Origin: Heterodontus francisci
Lineage: Eukaryota
Assembly (NCBI RefSeq): GCF_036365525.1
Contig: NC_090385.1
Coordinates: 63,248,170 to 63,312,169 of the forward strand
DNA: 64,000 bases
Direction: 5' to 3'
The translations under genes and the position numbers were made by a program. Below are positions 12,526 to 25,043 of this stretch, piece by piece. The notes below the pieces were generated by a model. The model saw only the letters and a program-made list of their open reading frames with translations. It had not been told where the DNA came from and ran no database searches. Numbering within the stretch: position 1 is the stretch's first letter; the number at the start of each line of letters is the position of its first letter.

Positions 12526-14482
12526 TTATTTCTATCTAGCCTAAGATTTTGTAATTAATTTTAATTGTGAGGATTGAACCTTAACAGTTTGATTGCCATG
12601 TCTGATAAATACCATCTTACTGTCACGACCTATTTATTACCTTACCAGGACCTTTCCAGTCCCTATGACACTCTCTTTTATAGCATACCAAATCTCCTGA
12701 ATTGACCTGTCTCAGATGGTCTAATACGATGCCTCAGTACTCTATGTGTTTTCTTTGAGACCTCAGCTTTGATTAAAAAAGCCCATCTCCCTTCATGCAA
12801 AGCATTCAAATGTTCAGAAAAAAATGGAGCTAACTAATACCTCTCGAGCAGCAGGATTACCTCAAAGAACAGAAGGCAATTTGGGATTTCGCCATAGACT
12901 AATTGATAAGGACTATATTCTCCAACCATCTCAAGAGAATTCTTTGCATGAACTGCACATACAAGGGTGTTTAACAACTTACAATCTGGCTGATGAGTTA
13001 AAATTTTATGCACCATTTCATCGATCACCACATGATTCCTTTCACAAAGACCATTGCTAAAAGGATTCTCAGATGCTGTATTCATGGCAACGATATTTAT
13101 GCTTTCAGACATGCTTCAAATCATCGTTAGCAAATTCACCTCCATTATCAGTCAGAAACTTTGCTGGTATCCTACGTCCTGTCCATTTCTCCATAATTTT
13201 GTCTATAATAACCCTCTTTCCTTACTATTTATTAGAGTAGAAATACTAAATGTGGTAGCAGATCAATACAAGTAGGATGAAGATATTTCTGTCTTTGTCC
13301 CATATCTTTCGATCCATGGCAATTATCTTATTAAAGTCACGTGCCAATGGAAAACTTACAGCAGGACATGGCTGCTTCCTACAAATTTCACAATGCTCAC
13401 TGATCACTTCTATGAGCCTCATATACTCATCAACTACACCTGTATCTTTTAGCAGGATTTTTAACCATTGACAAGTAGGGTGAGTAACTTTAAGATAATT
13501 GCTTTTGGAACATGGATGCATTCTATTCACAATACCAGTGGTAAGTTGTCCACAGTGCAAAATGGGGAATGGTATTTCTTTAAGAACAGATGGCAGCATC
13601 CTACAGTACAAAAATTCTAAGGGGTCCATATGAAAGCTAACAAAATGACAGTTGGTCTGATGTAGTTTTCATTATAGTTTGGGACAAATTCATAAATATG
13701 CAATCCAATGAAAAACAGAATTATGTAAGCTATCATAAGATGAATACCTGCCCACATGGGACAATATATAGTATAACAAAGCTACAAACATGTGCCACTG
13801 AATCCTATCTTCATTAGAGAACCCTGTTTAGATCAGCACAATAAATAATAGCACTTATCAGTCCAGAATTCAGAGCTGTTAGCAGTCATTAAAAAAAATT
13901 CAGGCCAACCCATTTCAAAATTCTGTATTAATAGGCAGCGCGCACAACTGGGCCAACAGCTCAGTAAATACACTGCATGATGTGGCAATGAGTTGTATTG
14001 AGCAAGAAAGTCACACGCTCAGTACTTAGTCTGTATGGAATTAGTTGATCACAGCCAAGGCACTGTAATGTGCTACAAAGATCCTGGTCCAGGGAGGAGA
14101 AAAAAAAAACAACCGGGGTTCCTGCTTTTAAATCATCTCTCAGGCACATTTTCTAGCAAGGAATTCTGTGTGTTCACAGAATCAAGCATCAAGCTTGGAC
14201 AAATATCTGTTAACATTTACTAACTAAAGCCATGAAAATTAGTCCCTTAGGTGAGGTATAAAATAGCTATCAGCACTCTAGAACTGCACCGAGTCATTAC
14301 ATTATGCAGAAGAGACAACGGCATAAAAATGTTTCACAAAGGCTGTAGGGAAAAAAATAATAAAAGATCAGCCTATAGGACAAATGAGAGAGCACCGAGC
14401 CAGCTAATCAGCATCTTAACCTTTACAAAACGGTCCACACATTTACTGAACAGCAAAACTCATTATTGAGCATATTACTCAC

Positions 14483-14681
14483 CATCATTGCATTTGTATT
14501 TGCAGATCCCATCCTCTCCACCTAGTAAATCCAGTGCTGCATTCAGATATGTGTCGATTTTATGAATTCCATTTCGAATTGTTTTCAGCGTCCCCTGCCA
14601 ATCTCTGTAGATTGTGTCTTCTGAGCGGCATTCACGACTCCTTAAAATAATTCCCACAATCACACAGACCAGCAAATACAT
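14483..14681 (-). CDS. PLA2G12A: PLA2G12A-like first coding exon (signal peptide and N-terminus)
   Basis: MYLLVCVIVGIILRSRECRSEDTIYRDWQGTLKTIRNGIHKIDTYLNAALDLLGGEDGICKYKCND(G); hydrophobic leader; GTgagt donor at 14482. ATG 14681 chosen as the first in-frame AUG. Confidence 0.93.
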
Positions 14682-15451
14682 GCTCAAGGAAAACTCTGCA
14701 GTGAACCACTTTTTCACTTCAGGTTTCCAGCTGTAATACACTTCTTTTCACAATACAATATAAACTACATTCGTTGGCATCACATAGCAAAATTTAAAAA
14801 TGCTCAGCAAGTGACATCAGCGTCAGGGTATTTTAGTGTGGTAAGACTTCGGTTACTAAACTTTTGACTGTTGTTGCAGATATTTATTGCTTTGGCAACT
14901 ACTTCAGGACTGTCATGCTGAATAAACATCACTGCTGGTCACATGGATGAGAACAGCAAGCCAAACTGGATGGAAGGGTCACATCTGTCGCATTCTTGTA
15001 GAACTAGAATGGGGGAAAAAGGCAACTTTGAGTGCCTATGAAATGAAAATTTATCCAAAATATATTCTTTTAAATTCAAAGTTCAAACTTTGCAACCACA
15101 AATTCCTACTTAGTTCATAACAGAAGCAACCGAAAGACTTTGAAGCTGAATGGCAAAGCAAATATTTTATCCATTCTAGAAGTATAGGTAATTTTGGAAA
15201 AGCACAATACAGATCACAGCAATTCCCAGGGCAGGAAATAAAAATTAAACAATCTACTCACTGTATATCTAAAACACAAGTTGAATTCTTCATTGTAATA
15301 CCTGTAATTAAACTTATATAATGTCCCAACAGAGCTTAACAGATCAGGGACTGGAAAATTGCTTCAAGATAGAAATGATACAAAGACCATTCTGCGCACC
15401 ATCTGTCTGAGATACCACAATTACTGATAATGCATCGTAGATGGAGAGTAT

Positions 15452-16190
15452 GAACATAGGAGAAGGAGCAGAACTTCCAGCCTCTCAAGCCTGTTCCGCC
15501 ATTCACTGAGATCATGGTCTAACTCCATTCACCTGCCCTGACTCCATAATCCCTTAATATTCTTTGCTAGCAAAAACCTATCAATCTCAGATTTGAAATT
15601 AATTGAGCCAGCATCTACTGCTTTTTGTGGGAAAGAATTTCACACTTTTACCACCTTTTGTGTGAAGAAGCGTTTTCTAACATCTCTCCTGAATAGCCTC
15701 TGATTTTAAGGTTATGGCCCATGATCCTAGACACCACCACACCACCCCCCATAGAAGAAAAAAAGTTTCCCTCTAACTACCCTATCAATTACTTTCAAAA
15801 TCCTAAAACCCTCAATCAAATCCTTTGATATTCTAGGGAATACAAGCCTCCTCATAATCTAACACTTGGAACACTGGTAACATTCTGATGAATCAGTGTT
15901 GCACTCCTTTCAAGGCCAATATATCCTCCCTCAGGTGTGCTGCCCAGAACTGTATACAGTACTCTAGATGTGGTACATCCAGAGCTTAATACAATCATAG
16001 CAAAACTTCCTCCCCTTTGTATTCCAGTCCTCGAGATATAAAGGCTAACATTCCATTAGCCTTTTTAATTATTTTTTTGTACCTGACGACTACATTTTAA
16101 TGATCTATGTACATGGACTGCTTATCTCTTTGGAACTCCACTGTTCTCTTCTTTTCACCATTTTAAAAATGCTCAAATCTATCCTTTTTT
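15452..16190 (-). mobile_element. CR1 3' fragment
   Basis: Reverse complement of CR1 RT C-terminus and 3'UTR. Confidence 0.8.
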
Positions 16191-16874
16191 AGTTATGGAT
16201 ATAAATTTTACAACAATTATTGATAATTTCACAGTAAACATACAATGATATATTTAGGGTTGCTAACCATTTGGTTTTGGGCAGTACATTTAAAAAACCT
16301 AAAAATGTCGATGAAGCCAGACACTGGAAGTTTCAAAATAGGAGCCAGTTAATTCCTCCAAGTTAATTTTATGACATGGAAGACTTCATTTTAACTTTCA
16401 AGAATATCACAACTCAAGTTATGGTTCCACCCCATCCTTGCCTGACCCATGTTTAATACTAGAGTTGGTATAAAATAGTTACCCTAATGCCATTAGATTA
16501 TCGCCATGAATAAAAGGACATGAATCACATAAGCAAGCAAAAAAAAAAACCAACAAATTAAAGGAGCATTCTTGTTTCTATACCCATTGTGCCAACATTG
16601 GTTTCATCTGCATTTCCCCCTTTGTCCCTCTATTCTATTGGTGTCAGGACCTTCAGTCATCTCACCCACAAATTCTGGGTCTCCTTACCTAAATTCATTT
16701 GCCTTTCTATGTCTTGCCCCATCTTCAAATTATTCCTTAAAATAAATTTGTGTTTTTCTTGACTTGCACCTCCTGGTCCTTCTCTGGAATGACATCAAAT
16801 TGTGAAACACCTTGGGACATTTCTCTATGTTAAAGACTCTGCTTTTCTCTTGCCCTCTTGTTTTCTTTCAAAGC

Positions 16875-17192
16875 TGTCAGTGGAAGTAATCTCACCTTTG
16901 AATCAGAAGGCTGTGAAATCAAGCCTTGAGCAAAATCTAAACCGACACTTCAGTATAGTATTGAGAGTGCTGCACTGTTGGAGGTGCTGTTTTCTGGATG
17001 AAGAGCAGGAGAGTTCTCCCAAAGTCCTGGCTAACAATTAGCCCTCAACCATCACTAACAACATTATCTGGTCTCTTGCTCAACTCAGCTGCTAAATTTC
17101 TTATTACAGTGAATACATTCAGAGCATTCGATTGGCTCTGAAGCTCTTTGGGACGTCTGAGATCCCGAAAGGGGCTACACAAATATAAGTTT
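16875..17192 (+). mobile_element. Degenerate Deu-SINE-like copy (others ~21170-21480 and ~23620-24010)
   Basis: Patchy similarity to 29040-29460. Confidence 0.55.
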
Positions 17193-17199
17193 TATACGT

Positions 17200-17800
17200 T
17201 TTGAAATATAGAGTACAAAAGCAAGGATGTGATGCTAGAACTGTATAAAATGCTGGTTAGGCCACAGCTGGAGTATTGCGTGCAGTTCTGGTCACCACAA
17301 TACAGAAAGAACATAATTGCTCTGGAGAGAGTGCAGAAGAGATTTACAAGAATGTTGCCAGGACTTGAAGGTTGCAGCTGTGAAGATTGGATAGGCTAGG
17401 GTTGTTTTCCATGGAACTGAGGGGTGACTTGATTGAGGTGTTCAAAATTATGAGGGGCCGAGATAGAGTGGACAGGAAGGACCTGTTTCCCCTGGCAGGG
17501 AGGTCAGTTACCAGGGGACACAGATTTAAGGTGACTGGTAAAAGGATTAGAGGGGTCATGAGGGGAAACTTTTTCACTCAGAGGGTGGTGGGTGTCTGGA
17601 ATTCACTGCCAGGAATGGTGGTGGAGGCAGAGACCATCAATTCTTTTAAAAGGTACCTGGACATGTACCCGAAGTGCTGTAACCTGCAGGGTTACAGACC
17701 AGGTGCTGGAAGGTGGGTTTACTTTGGGAGGCTAGTTTATTAGGCCGGCGCAGACACGATGGGCTGAATGGCCCCTTCTGTGCTGTACTTTTTCTCTGGT
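17200..17800 (+). mobile_element. CR1 3' fragment
   Basis: LRGDLIEVFKI..TRGH..FFTQRVVGVWNSLP. Confidence 0.9.
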
Positions 17801-18660
17801 TCACATATAAGGTAAGGGTTAAATCGAAGGCTGGGATGTGGTCTCAGGTGTGTGTTGGAACAACTGCAAATATCCTAAACTTGAAATGGAATATAAATAG
17901 AACAATTTAACAATCTGAGGTCAAGGTCACTGCAAACAGAGCTCCTCTATTCGCTGCTGTGGGACGCGGCTCGAGATATCTCAAGGCCTAAAATGTGCGT
18001 CTGTGCGAGGCCGCGAGCAAATCGGCTGCGCTTCAAAATATTAGGAACACAACAAATCAGATTAAAGGGAATCTGTCTCCTATAGAAGAGACGCAGCGCA
18101 CGCCAACCATACTTTCATCTGCATCGGGTAAGCACTAAAGTAAACACTAATCTGACGTGGCTGACACTGCTTACGCTTGCGCACTGATAGCATCGCCTCC
18201 AAGCATGCTGCCCCCTGTTTTGGATGAGAAACAAATGCCCCGCATTTCATTCCATTCCCTCCCCAAAGCCTTCTTCCACAGGTGCCAGTCAACTTCCATG
18301 ACTCACCCAGATCACCATCGGATGTTTTTAACTGGTCGTGATTGCGATAATCAATGCATCTTATATGGGAAAATAACTTAAATATTTGAAGATAACGAAG
18401 GCGGAGGAAAGAACAAGGCAGTTGATCACACTGGCTACTCCAACAAAGACACAATGAATGGGTCCAACGGCTTACTTCTGTGTCAGCTCTTCAATATGTT
18501 CCATGACAGCAAGTTTAAGCAGACTATTCAGTTATGGGACGCATCATAGAACAAGTGGGTACAACTAATTTTGTTGATAGCAAAAGTATACCATAACTTA
18601 AGACATTTCCAATACAGTTCACTCACATGTTGGCATTCACAATAAACATAACCTAGATCA

Positions 18661-20904
18661 TGGCGTATATGGCGTACCGACCTCTACCTTGCAGAAGCTC
18701 AACGCCAACTCAGACACCTCTTCCTACCTCCCTCTGGACCATGACCCCACCACCGAACATCAAGCCACCGTCCAAAGGACTGTCACTGACCTCATCTCCT
18801 CTGGAGATCTTCCCTCTACGGCTTCCAACTTCATAGTCCCACAACCCCGGACAGCCCACTTCTACCTCCTTCCCAAAATCCACAAACGGGACTGTCCCGG
18901 CAGACCCATTGTGTCAGCCTGCTCCTGCCCCACTGAACTTATTTCTTCCTATCTAGACTCTATCCTTTCTCCGCTGGTCCAGTCTCTTCCCACCTACATC
19001 CGTGACTCTTCTGACACCCTACGTCATTTTGACAATTTCCAGTTTCCTGGTCCCAACCGCCTCCTCTTCACTATGGACGTCCAATCGCTCTACACCTCCA
19101 TCCCCCACCAGGATGGTTTGAGGGCTCTCCGCTTCTTCCTTGAAGAGGCCCAACCAGTCCCCATCCACCACCACCCTCCTCCGCCTGGCTGAACTTGTTC
19201 TCACATTGAACAACTTCTCCTTCAACTCTACGCACTTCCTTCAAGTAAAAGGTGTCGCTATGGGTACCCGCATGGGTCCTAGTTATGCCTGTCTTTTTGT
19301 GGGATATGTCGAGCATTCTTTGTTCCAGTCCTACTCAGGCCCCCTCCCCCAACTCTTTTTCCGGTACATTGATGACTGTATCGGTGCCGTTCCCTGCTCC
19401 CGCCCCGAACTAGAAAACTTTATCAACTTTGCTTCCAATTTCCACCCTTCTCTCACCTTTACATGGTCCATCTCTGACACTTCCCTTCCCTTCCTCGACT
19501 TCTCTGTCTCCATCTCTGGGGATAGGTTGTCTACCAATATCCATTATAAGCCCACCGACTCCCACAGCTACCTCGACTACACTTCTTCACACCCTACCTC
19601 CTGTAAGGACTCCATTCCATTCTCCCAGTTTCTCCGTCTCCGACACATCTGCTCTGATGATGCTACCTTCCATGACGGTGCTTCTGATATGACCTCCTTC
19701 TTCCTCAACCGAGGATTTCCCCCCACTGTGGTTGACAGGACCCTCAACCGTGTCCGACCCATTCCCCGCACCTCTAGCCTCACCCCTTCCCCTCCCAGAA
19801 CCGTGACAGGGTTCCCCTTGTCCTCACTTTTCATCCCACCAGCCTCCATATCCAAAGGATCATCCTCCGCCATTTTCGCCACCTCCAGCGTGATGCCACT
19901 ACCAGTCGCATCTTCCCCTCCCTTCCCGTCAGCATTCCGAAGGGATCGTTCCCTCCGCGACACCCTGGTCCACTCCTCCATTACCCCCACCACCTCGTCC
20001 CCGTCACCTTCCCCTGCAATCGCAGGAGGTGTAATACCTGCCCATTTACCTCCTCTCTCCTCACTATCCCAGGCCCCAAACACTCCTTTCAGGTGAAGCA
20101 GCGATTTACTTGTACTTCTTTCAATGTAGTGTACTGTATTCACTGCTCACAGTGTGGTCTCCTCTACATTGGGGAGACCAAGCGCAGACTGGGTGACCGC
20201 TTTGTGGAACATCTCCGCTCAGTCCGCAAGCAGGACCCTGAGCTTCTGGTTGCTTGCCATTTCAACACTCCCCCCTGCTCACATCTCTGTCCTGGGATTG
20301 CTGCAGTGTTCCAGTGAACATCAACGCAAGCTCAAGGAACAGCATCTCATCTACCGATTAGGCACACTACAGCCTGCCGGACTGAACATTGAGTTCAATA
20401 ATTTCAGAGCATGACAGCCCCCCATTTTACTTTCATTTTTAGTTATTTTTTCTTCCTTTTTTTTTAACATTCTTTTTTACATTTTTTGCTATTTTTTTTG
20501 TCATTTCATCTTAGTTTGTTCAGTTTGCTTACCCACTGTTTTTTTCAGGTTTTCTTTCAGGTTTGCACTTGCTGCTGTTCAATATTCAGTGTATTCACAC
20601 CTAATCTGTACAATGCTTTGTCTTTCAACACACCATTAACATATTGTTTGCCTTTGCTCCGTGACCTTTTGGTCAGCTATGTGGCCTGGTCTAATCTGCA
20701 CCTTCTCCTTTGTTATCTCTTGCCCCACCCCACTTGCTTATAATCTGTGACTTTTCTAATATTTGTCAGTTCCGAAGAAGGGTCACTGACCCGAAACGTT
20801 AATTCTGCTTCTCTTTCCACAGATGCTGCCAGACCTGCTGAGTGATTCCAGCATTTCTTGTTTTTGTTTCAGATTTCCAGCATCCACAGTATTTTGCTTT
20901 TATT
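18661..20904 (+). mobile_element. Penelope-like element (RT + GIY-YIG), 5'-truncated, frameshifted
   Basis: LPKIHK, GRPIVS, MDVQSLYT, GVAMG, RYIDD and VVYCIHC..YIGET motifs across ORFs 18689/19140/20093; 13-bp TSD ATAACCTAGATCA (18648-18660, 20905-20917). Confidence 0.93.
20767..20806 (+). ncRNA. Minimal type I hammerhead ribozyme motif in Penelope pLTR
   Basis: CCGAAGA (CUGANGA variant) - stem II GGGTCA/TGACCC - GAAAC-GTTA with palindromic AACGTT. Confidence 0.7.
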
Positions 20905-21499
20905 ATAACCTAGATCAATCTAGTTTTACCAACTTTTATAACAAGTTCCATGAAAAACTATGCCCTTCTAGTTAAGGATATACATATTGCTCAACTTCGA
21001 CAATGGTCTATTCTTCACTTGTTTATAACTTGTTTTTCTCCTGATTTTTCTCAGTTACCTTCTTTCTACTACTTCTCTCTAATCGCCTTCCTCACCTGTC
21101 TCTCAATTCAATTTTATCTCTCATCTCCTGTTCACCTCGAGTTTTCCTTCTCTATTTCCTGTCACCTTGGCTCAACTGTGAAAAAATTGTAGGTTTAGAC
21201 CTCACCACAGGCTTGATCGCAACTGACACTCAAGTGTACTATCAAGTATCAGAGATGGTATTTTTCAGATGAAACATTAAACTAAGATTCTAGCTGCCTA
21301 ATCAGGTGGTCATATTTAAACAGCAGGAAACGGTGCTGGCCAACATTCCTCCCTCAACTGCCATCACCAAAAACAGATTATTTGATTGTTCACTCACTCA
21401 TTTACTATTTGTGGGGTCTTTCTGTACGCAAATTGTCTGCAGTATTTTTCTAAATAGCAACAGTGATTAGACTTCAAAAGTTATGCTTCAAAAAAAACT

Positions 21500-21812
21500 C
21501 CATTACTTACTCCCCTCTGCTATTATTGTCCAATGTTCGCGCTCAGTCCCTGCGAACGATTATTTTGTAGCTACGGGTCCTTCCTATCATGGGCGCTGCT
21601 TGATGACGACAAGAACCACTTCTTTTCGGTTGTACTGAACATTTTAAGAAAGCATCCCACCACATAAATCTCACAAGATGACAACCTAGACACTGTAAAC
21701 TTATTACGTGTTAATTAAATAATCCGTTTGGTTGTTTGGCAGCTCGTGTTCTGCAGGCACTAGGTCAGGCGGCTGGTATCTGGGTCTTTCTGTGGCCTGG
21801 GTCTTGTGCATG
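21500..21812. promoter_or_regulatory. Putative bidirectional promoter PIN4 / PLA2G12A-like
   Basis: Local CpG enrichment in non-repeat DNA, TGACG half-CRE near 21604, minus-strand GTAAGT donor at 21510-21505 pointing toward the PLA2G12 exons. Confidence 0.5.
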
Positions 21813-21846
21813 ATGCCACCTAAAGGGAAGTCAAAGGGTGGGAAAG
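21813..21846 (+). CDS. PIN4: PIN4 (parvulin-14) coding exon 1
   Basis: MPPKGKSKGGK(G), donor G|GTgtgt; an extra in-frame ATG at 21810. Confidence 0.9.
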
Positions 21847-22489
21847 GTGTGTTGGGTATAAACATTGTCTAGTTGTATCAGTACTCGGATTGAAGTTTAA
21901 ACGTTGTTGTGCAAATATATATGAGGAGGAAATTCATAAATGTTATATATCTCATTTGTTGTTATACACTCTCACTCCGACAGAATATAGCTTGTATTCA
22001 TATAGTGCTCCTCACGTAGGGAGGGGTGGATATTGAGCAATAAAAGGAAGGAATGTAGGGAGGAAAGCATAATGAAAAAACATTTTTAAGGGGATTTTAT
22101 AGGTTGCAATTGAGGTTGGGCTTACCGTGGGCCCAGGTGAAACGTTGCGTGCTGATGTTAAGGAATGTTAAGTGACAGTTATGTAATTATTGTTGGCTGT
22201 GAGCACAAGGGCTGATTTTAAAAAGTTGGTCCAGGGTTCTTATTCCGTTGTGACAGCATGATTGCTACAGGTTTCTGATTTTCAGCAGAACAGCAATGGA
22301 GGAGAAATTGTGTGTCGCATTCTAAACAACACATTTCGTTAATCCACACACACAATGTAAATAGTTACTTTAAAAATTGGTGGATCTTATTTTAGGGTCT
22401 GAACAGTGTAGCCCTTGTTGCAGTACATTTGTATTTTGTATTTTAAAATGAGTATGTACCAGATGACTTTTTAGTGGTACACAATATGG

Positions 22490-22800
22490 TGTGCTACCAA
22501 GCTATATATGTCAGAAAGCCCCATGTTTCTTCCTTGGCCTGTGCTGATTTTGCATTGGTGTGGGTGATATGATTACCTCAAGTGCCCTTGGACTTAGAAG
22601 TTTTCTGATCACTCGCTGTGAGAAAATGCACATGCAGATATTGGGTGAAAAGGTGCTTCAACTTTGTGGCCCCTCACAGAGAAGTTGCCTGATCGCACTC
22701 GCTGTTTGGGCTCACATATGAAGAATCACCATTCAAAGAATATATCAAAGGACTGCCAACATCCACAGAACTGTACCCCAGTATCAAAGCTATTTTCTCA
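22490..22800 (+). mobile_element. Old LF-SINE-like element (similar copies ~2750-3030 -, ~29590-29950 -, ~57400-57620 +, ~60900-61140 +)
   Basis: Shared motifs GGCTCACA..TGAAGAAT, CCAGGGTTCCTG, CAGTG.CCCTGG; family name from recollection only. Confidence 0.45.
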
Positions 22801-23536
22801 GGTACAGTGGCGTTAGTCACTCCTGTAAGTGGATCTCATGTCCCTTTAGTGCTGGATTAAACCCATACACTCCAAAATCTACTTATGTGATAGTGTAATT
22901 CAGGATTGTAACTCCTTTCTGATTTGAACTGAATATTCATGTATTTTACACGTCCTCACTTGGCTGTCCAGTCTTTTTGAAGGTAGATTCGGGAAGCATC
23001 TTGCCAGATACAAATTATTAAGCTGCTTTATTTCACATCAAGAGAACATACAGCACAACAGTTATGCTTGGATTCACTTAATTCAGTCAGTACTACTGGT
23101 CTTCATGTAACAATCAAAAGAACGGAACATGCTATGCTTCCCTACATCAGCTTCGGTAAAATAACTCCTAATTCTCCTTCTGAGCCTTGTGAAGTCTTGC
23201 CCTTAGTTTAGTTTAGTTTCTTTCTGTTTGAAGACCTGAATGTGCCTCTAACTTTTTATTTCTGTGCTCACAATGCAAAAGGAAGCCCTGTGCAAAGTGC
23301 TTAGGTCCAGGGACGTGATGGGTATGAGGTGTTTTATCAATTCTTGAGATAGACTCATAAATTATTGTTTAGTCTTTAGGGAATCAAAGCTTAGCTCATT
23401 AACAGTTAAAAACTCCAAAAACAATATAGCTGTAGCTCTGGATTGTGCCACCTCTGGGTGAATTCCTGTGAATTGTGAGTTACTAAAACATTTGCTTTGA
23501 AGACAAAGAAACATATTCAATTTTTGTATATTTAAG

Positions 23537-23601
23537 GTGGTGCAGCTGGTGGTGATACTGAAAAGAAAGATAAAGGATCCAAAGGAGGTAATGCAGTGAA
23601 G
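23537..23601 (+). CDS. PIN4: PIN4 coding exon 2
   Basis: (G)GAAGGDTEKKDKGSKGGNAVK; tttaAG acceptor, GTaaga donor; exons 1+2 = 99 nt, in frame. Confidence 0.93.
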
Positions 23602-24495
23602 GTAAGAGATCAGATCCTGCAGAGTCAGTTGGTTTCTTTGCGAATACCCTTACCTCGCAATCAGAGGTTATTGGTTCAAGAGTCACATCAAAATTTATCA
23701 TATAATCTCGGCTAATACTCCAGTGCAGGGATTTCTGCATCAAGAGAGATTGAATCAGACATTAAAATCAAACCTGATCTTCATGGTGGTTCAGGTGAAT
23801 GTTGAAGATTCAATTAAAAAATTTGAAGAAGAGCAGAAAGCTGCCCTGACACCTGAAGAACATTATTCTCTCAACCAATACCACTTAAAAAGCAATAACA
23901 TGGGTGTTTTTGACAGAATGATTCCTCTGTTTGACTAAAAAACAGTTTTTCAGAAAGTAATTTATGTATTCTGTAAAATCCTTTGATGTGGAAGCTATTA
24001 TATAAGTACAAGCATTATCTTACATTATTGGTGTAATAAAATAGTAGTGGTGATCTGCCCAAGGGCAGGTCCTCTGCTCATTTCTCCTCGCCTCACGGTC
24101 CTGCACTTTCTTCAGTTGCTTATAAGAGCCTCCCTTTTTCTTAACTTCCATGACAAATGAGCAATATGACTAGGGAAAAAGTACGTGAGGTGGTTTCCCG
24201 TTGCCTTCCTCATGTGTGCTTGTAAAGAAAAACAAGTCCTCTTCCAAAGGATCCTCCGCCTGTAAGCAGGTTCTTGCTCTTCCAACATCACCACCAAAAA
24301 TTTGCTGGTTTCGCCATTGGCCGTGCCATGTAGCCCAGAGCATGGGACCCTTACATGCACCTGTGGCAATTCGCTAAAAGGCAGGGACGACCAACCCCGA
24401 GGTCTCGATGATCCTGCTACCCGATAATACAATCTGCTTTTAATTCAAATATCTGATAATTTCAATTTGGGAGCACTAAATTCCCACTTTACTGT

Positions 24496-25043
24496 AATAA
24501 AAGCAAAATACTGCAGATCTGAAACAAAAACAAAAAGTGCTGGAAAAACTCAGCACTGTGGAGAGAGAAGCAAAGTTAGCATTTCAGGTCTGTGACATTT
24601 CATCAGAATTGGCAAAGGTTAGAAAAGAATTAAGTTTTAAGCAAGAAAAAGGGAGGTGGATGGAGGAGAGAACAAAAGGGAAGGTGTTTGATAGGGCAGA
24701 GTGTGATTAAATAACAAAGCTGTCCTGGGACAAAGGCAAAGTGTTTGTTAATGCTTGTGGTGAAAGACAAAGCATTAGTCCAGAGAGACTCTTAATAGCA
24801 GAATAATGAGCGGCTCTGACTGCATAAAAAGCAGGCACCTAGTTAAAAAATAAAATATTAAAAAAAGGCCAATCATACTCTGAAGGTATTGAACTCAATG
24901 TTCAGTCCACAAGGCTGTTCTTGCCTAATTGAAAGATCAGGAGCTGCTCCTCAAGCTTATATTGATGTTCACTGTTAATTCTGCTTCTCTCTCCACAGAA
25001 GCTGCCAAACCTGCTGAGTTTTTCCAGCACTTTTTTGTTTTTG
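24496..25043 (-). mobile_element. Penelope 3' fragment with inverted partial pLTR
   Basis: pLTR with CTGATGA...GAAA motif (24574-24610), GIY-YIG tail remnant, inverted pLTR piece at 24973-25043; 14-bp TSD TCCCACTTTACTGT (24482-24495, 25044-25057). Confidence 0.85.

Larger units (their letters stand above)
9180..13630 (-). mobile_element. Degraded Ty1/copia LTR retrotransposon (GalEa-like)
   Basis: Integrase PFSNGLCERNH upstream of RT/RH remnants (SLIGQLNW..QTRPD, WETKKIKRVVRSTLAAE), i.e. copia order; linker motif GKATGKFKYWLNV. LTR boundaries uncertain. Confidence 0.8.

Noticed and set aside
14682-14741. GTG-initiated N-terminal extension of PLA2G12-like
   Set aside because: Artefact of prokaryote-style start calling; AUG 14681 directly precedes the signal peptide.
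19577-20143. 188-aa antisense ORF
   Set aside because: Shadow of the C-rich Penelope coding strand; likewise the antisense ORFs over CR1 ORF2.
21750-21812. Par17-like extended PIN4 isoform
   Set aside because: Only an adjacent ATG (21810) adding one Met; no upstream in-frame AUG giving a presequence was seen.
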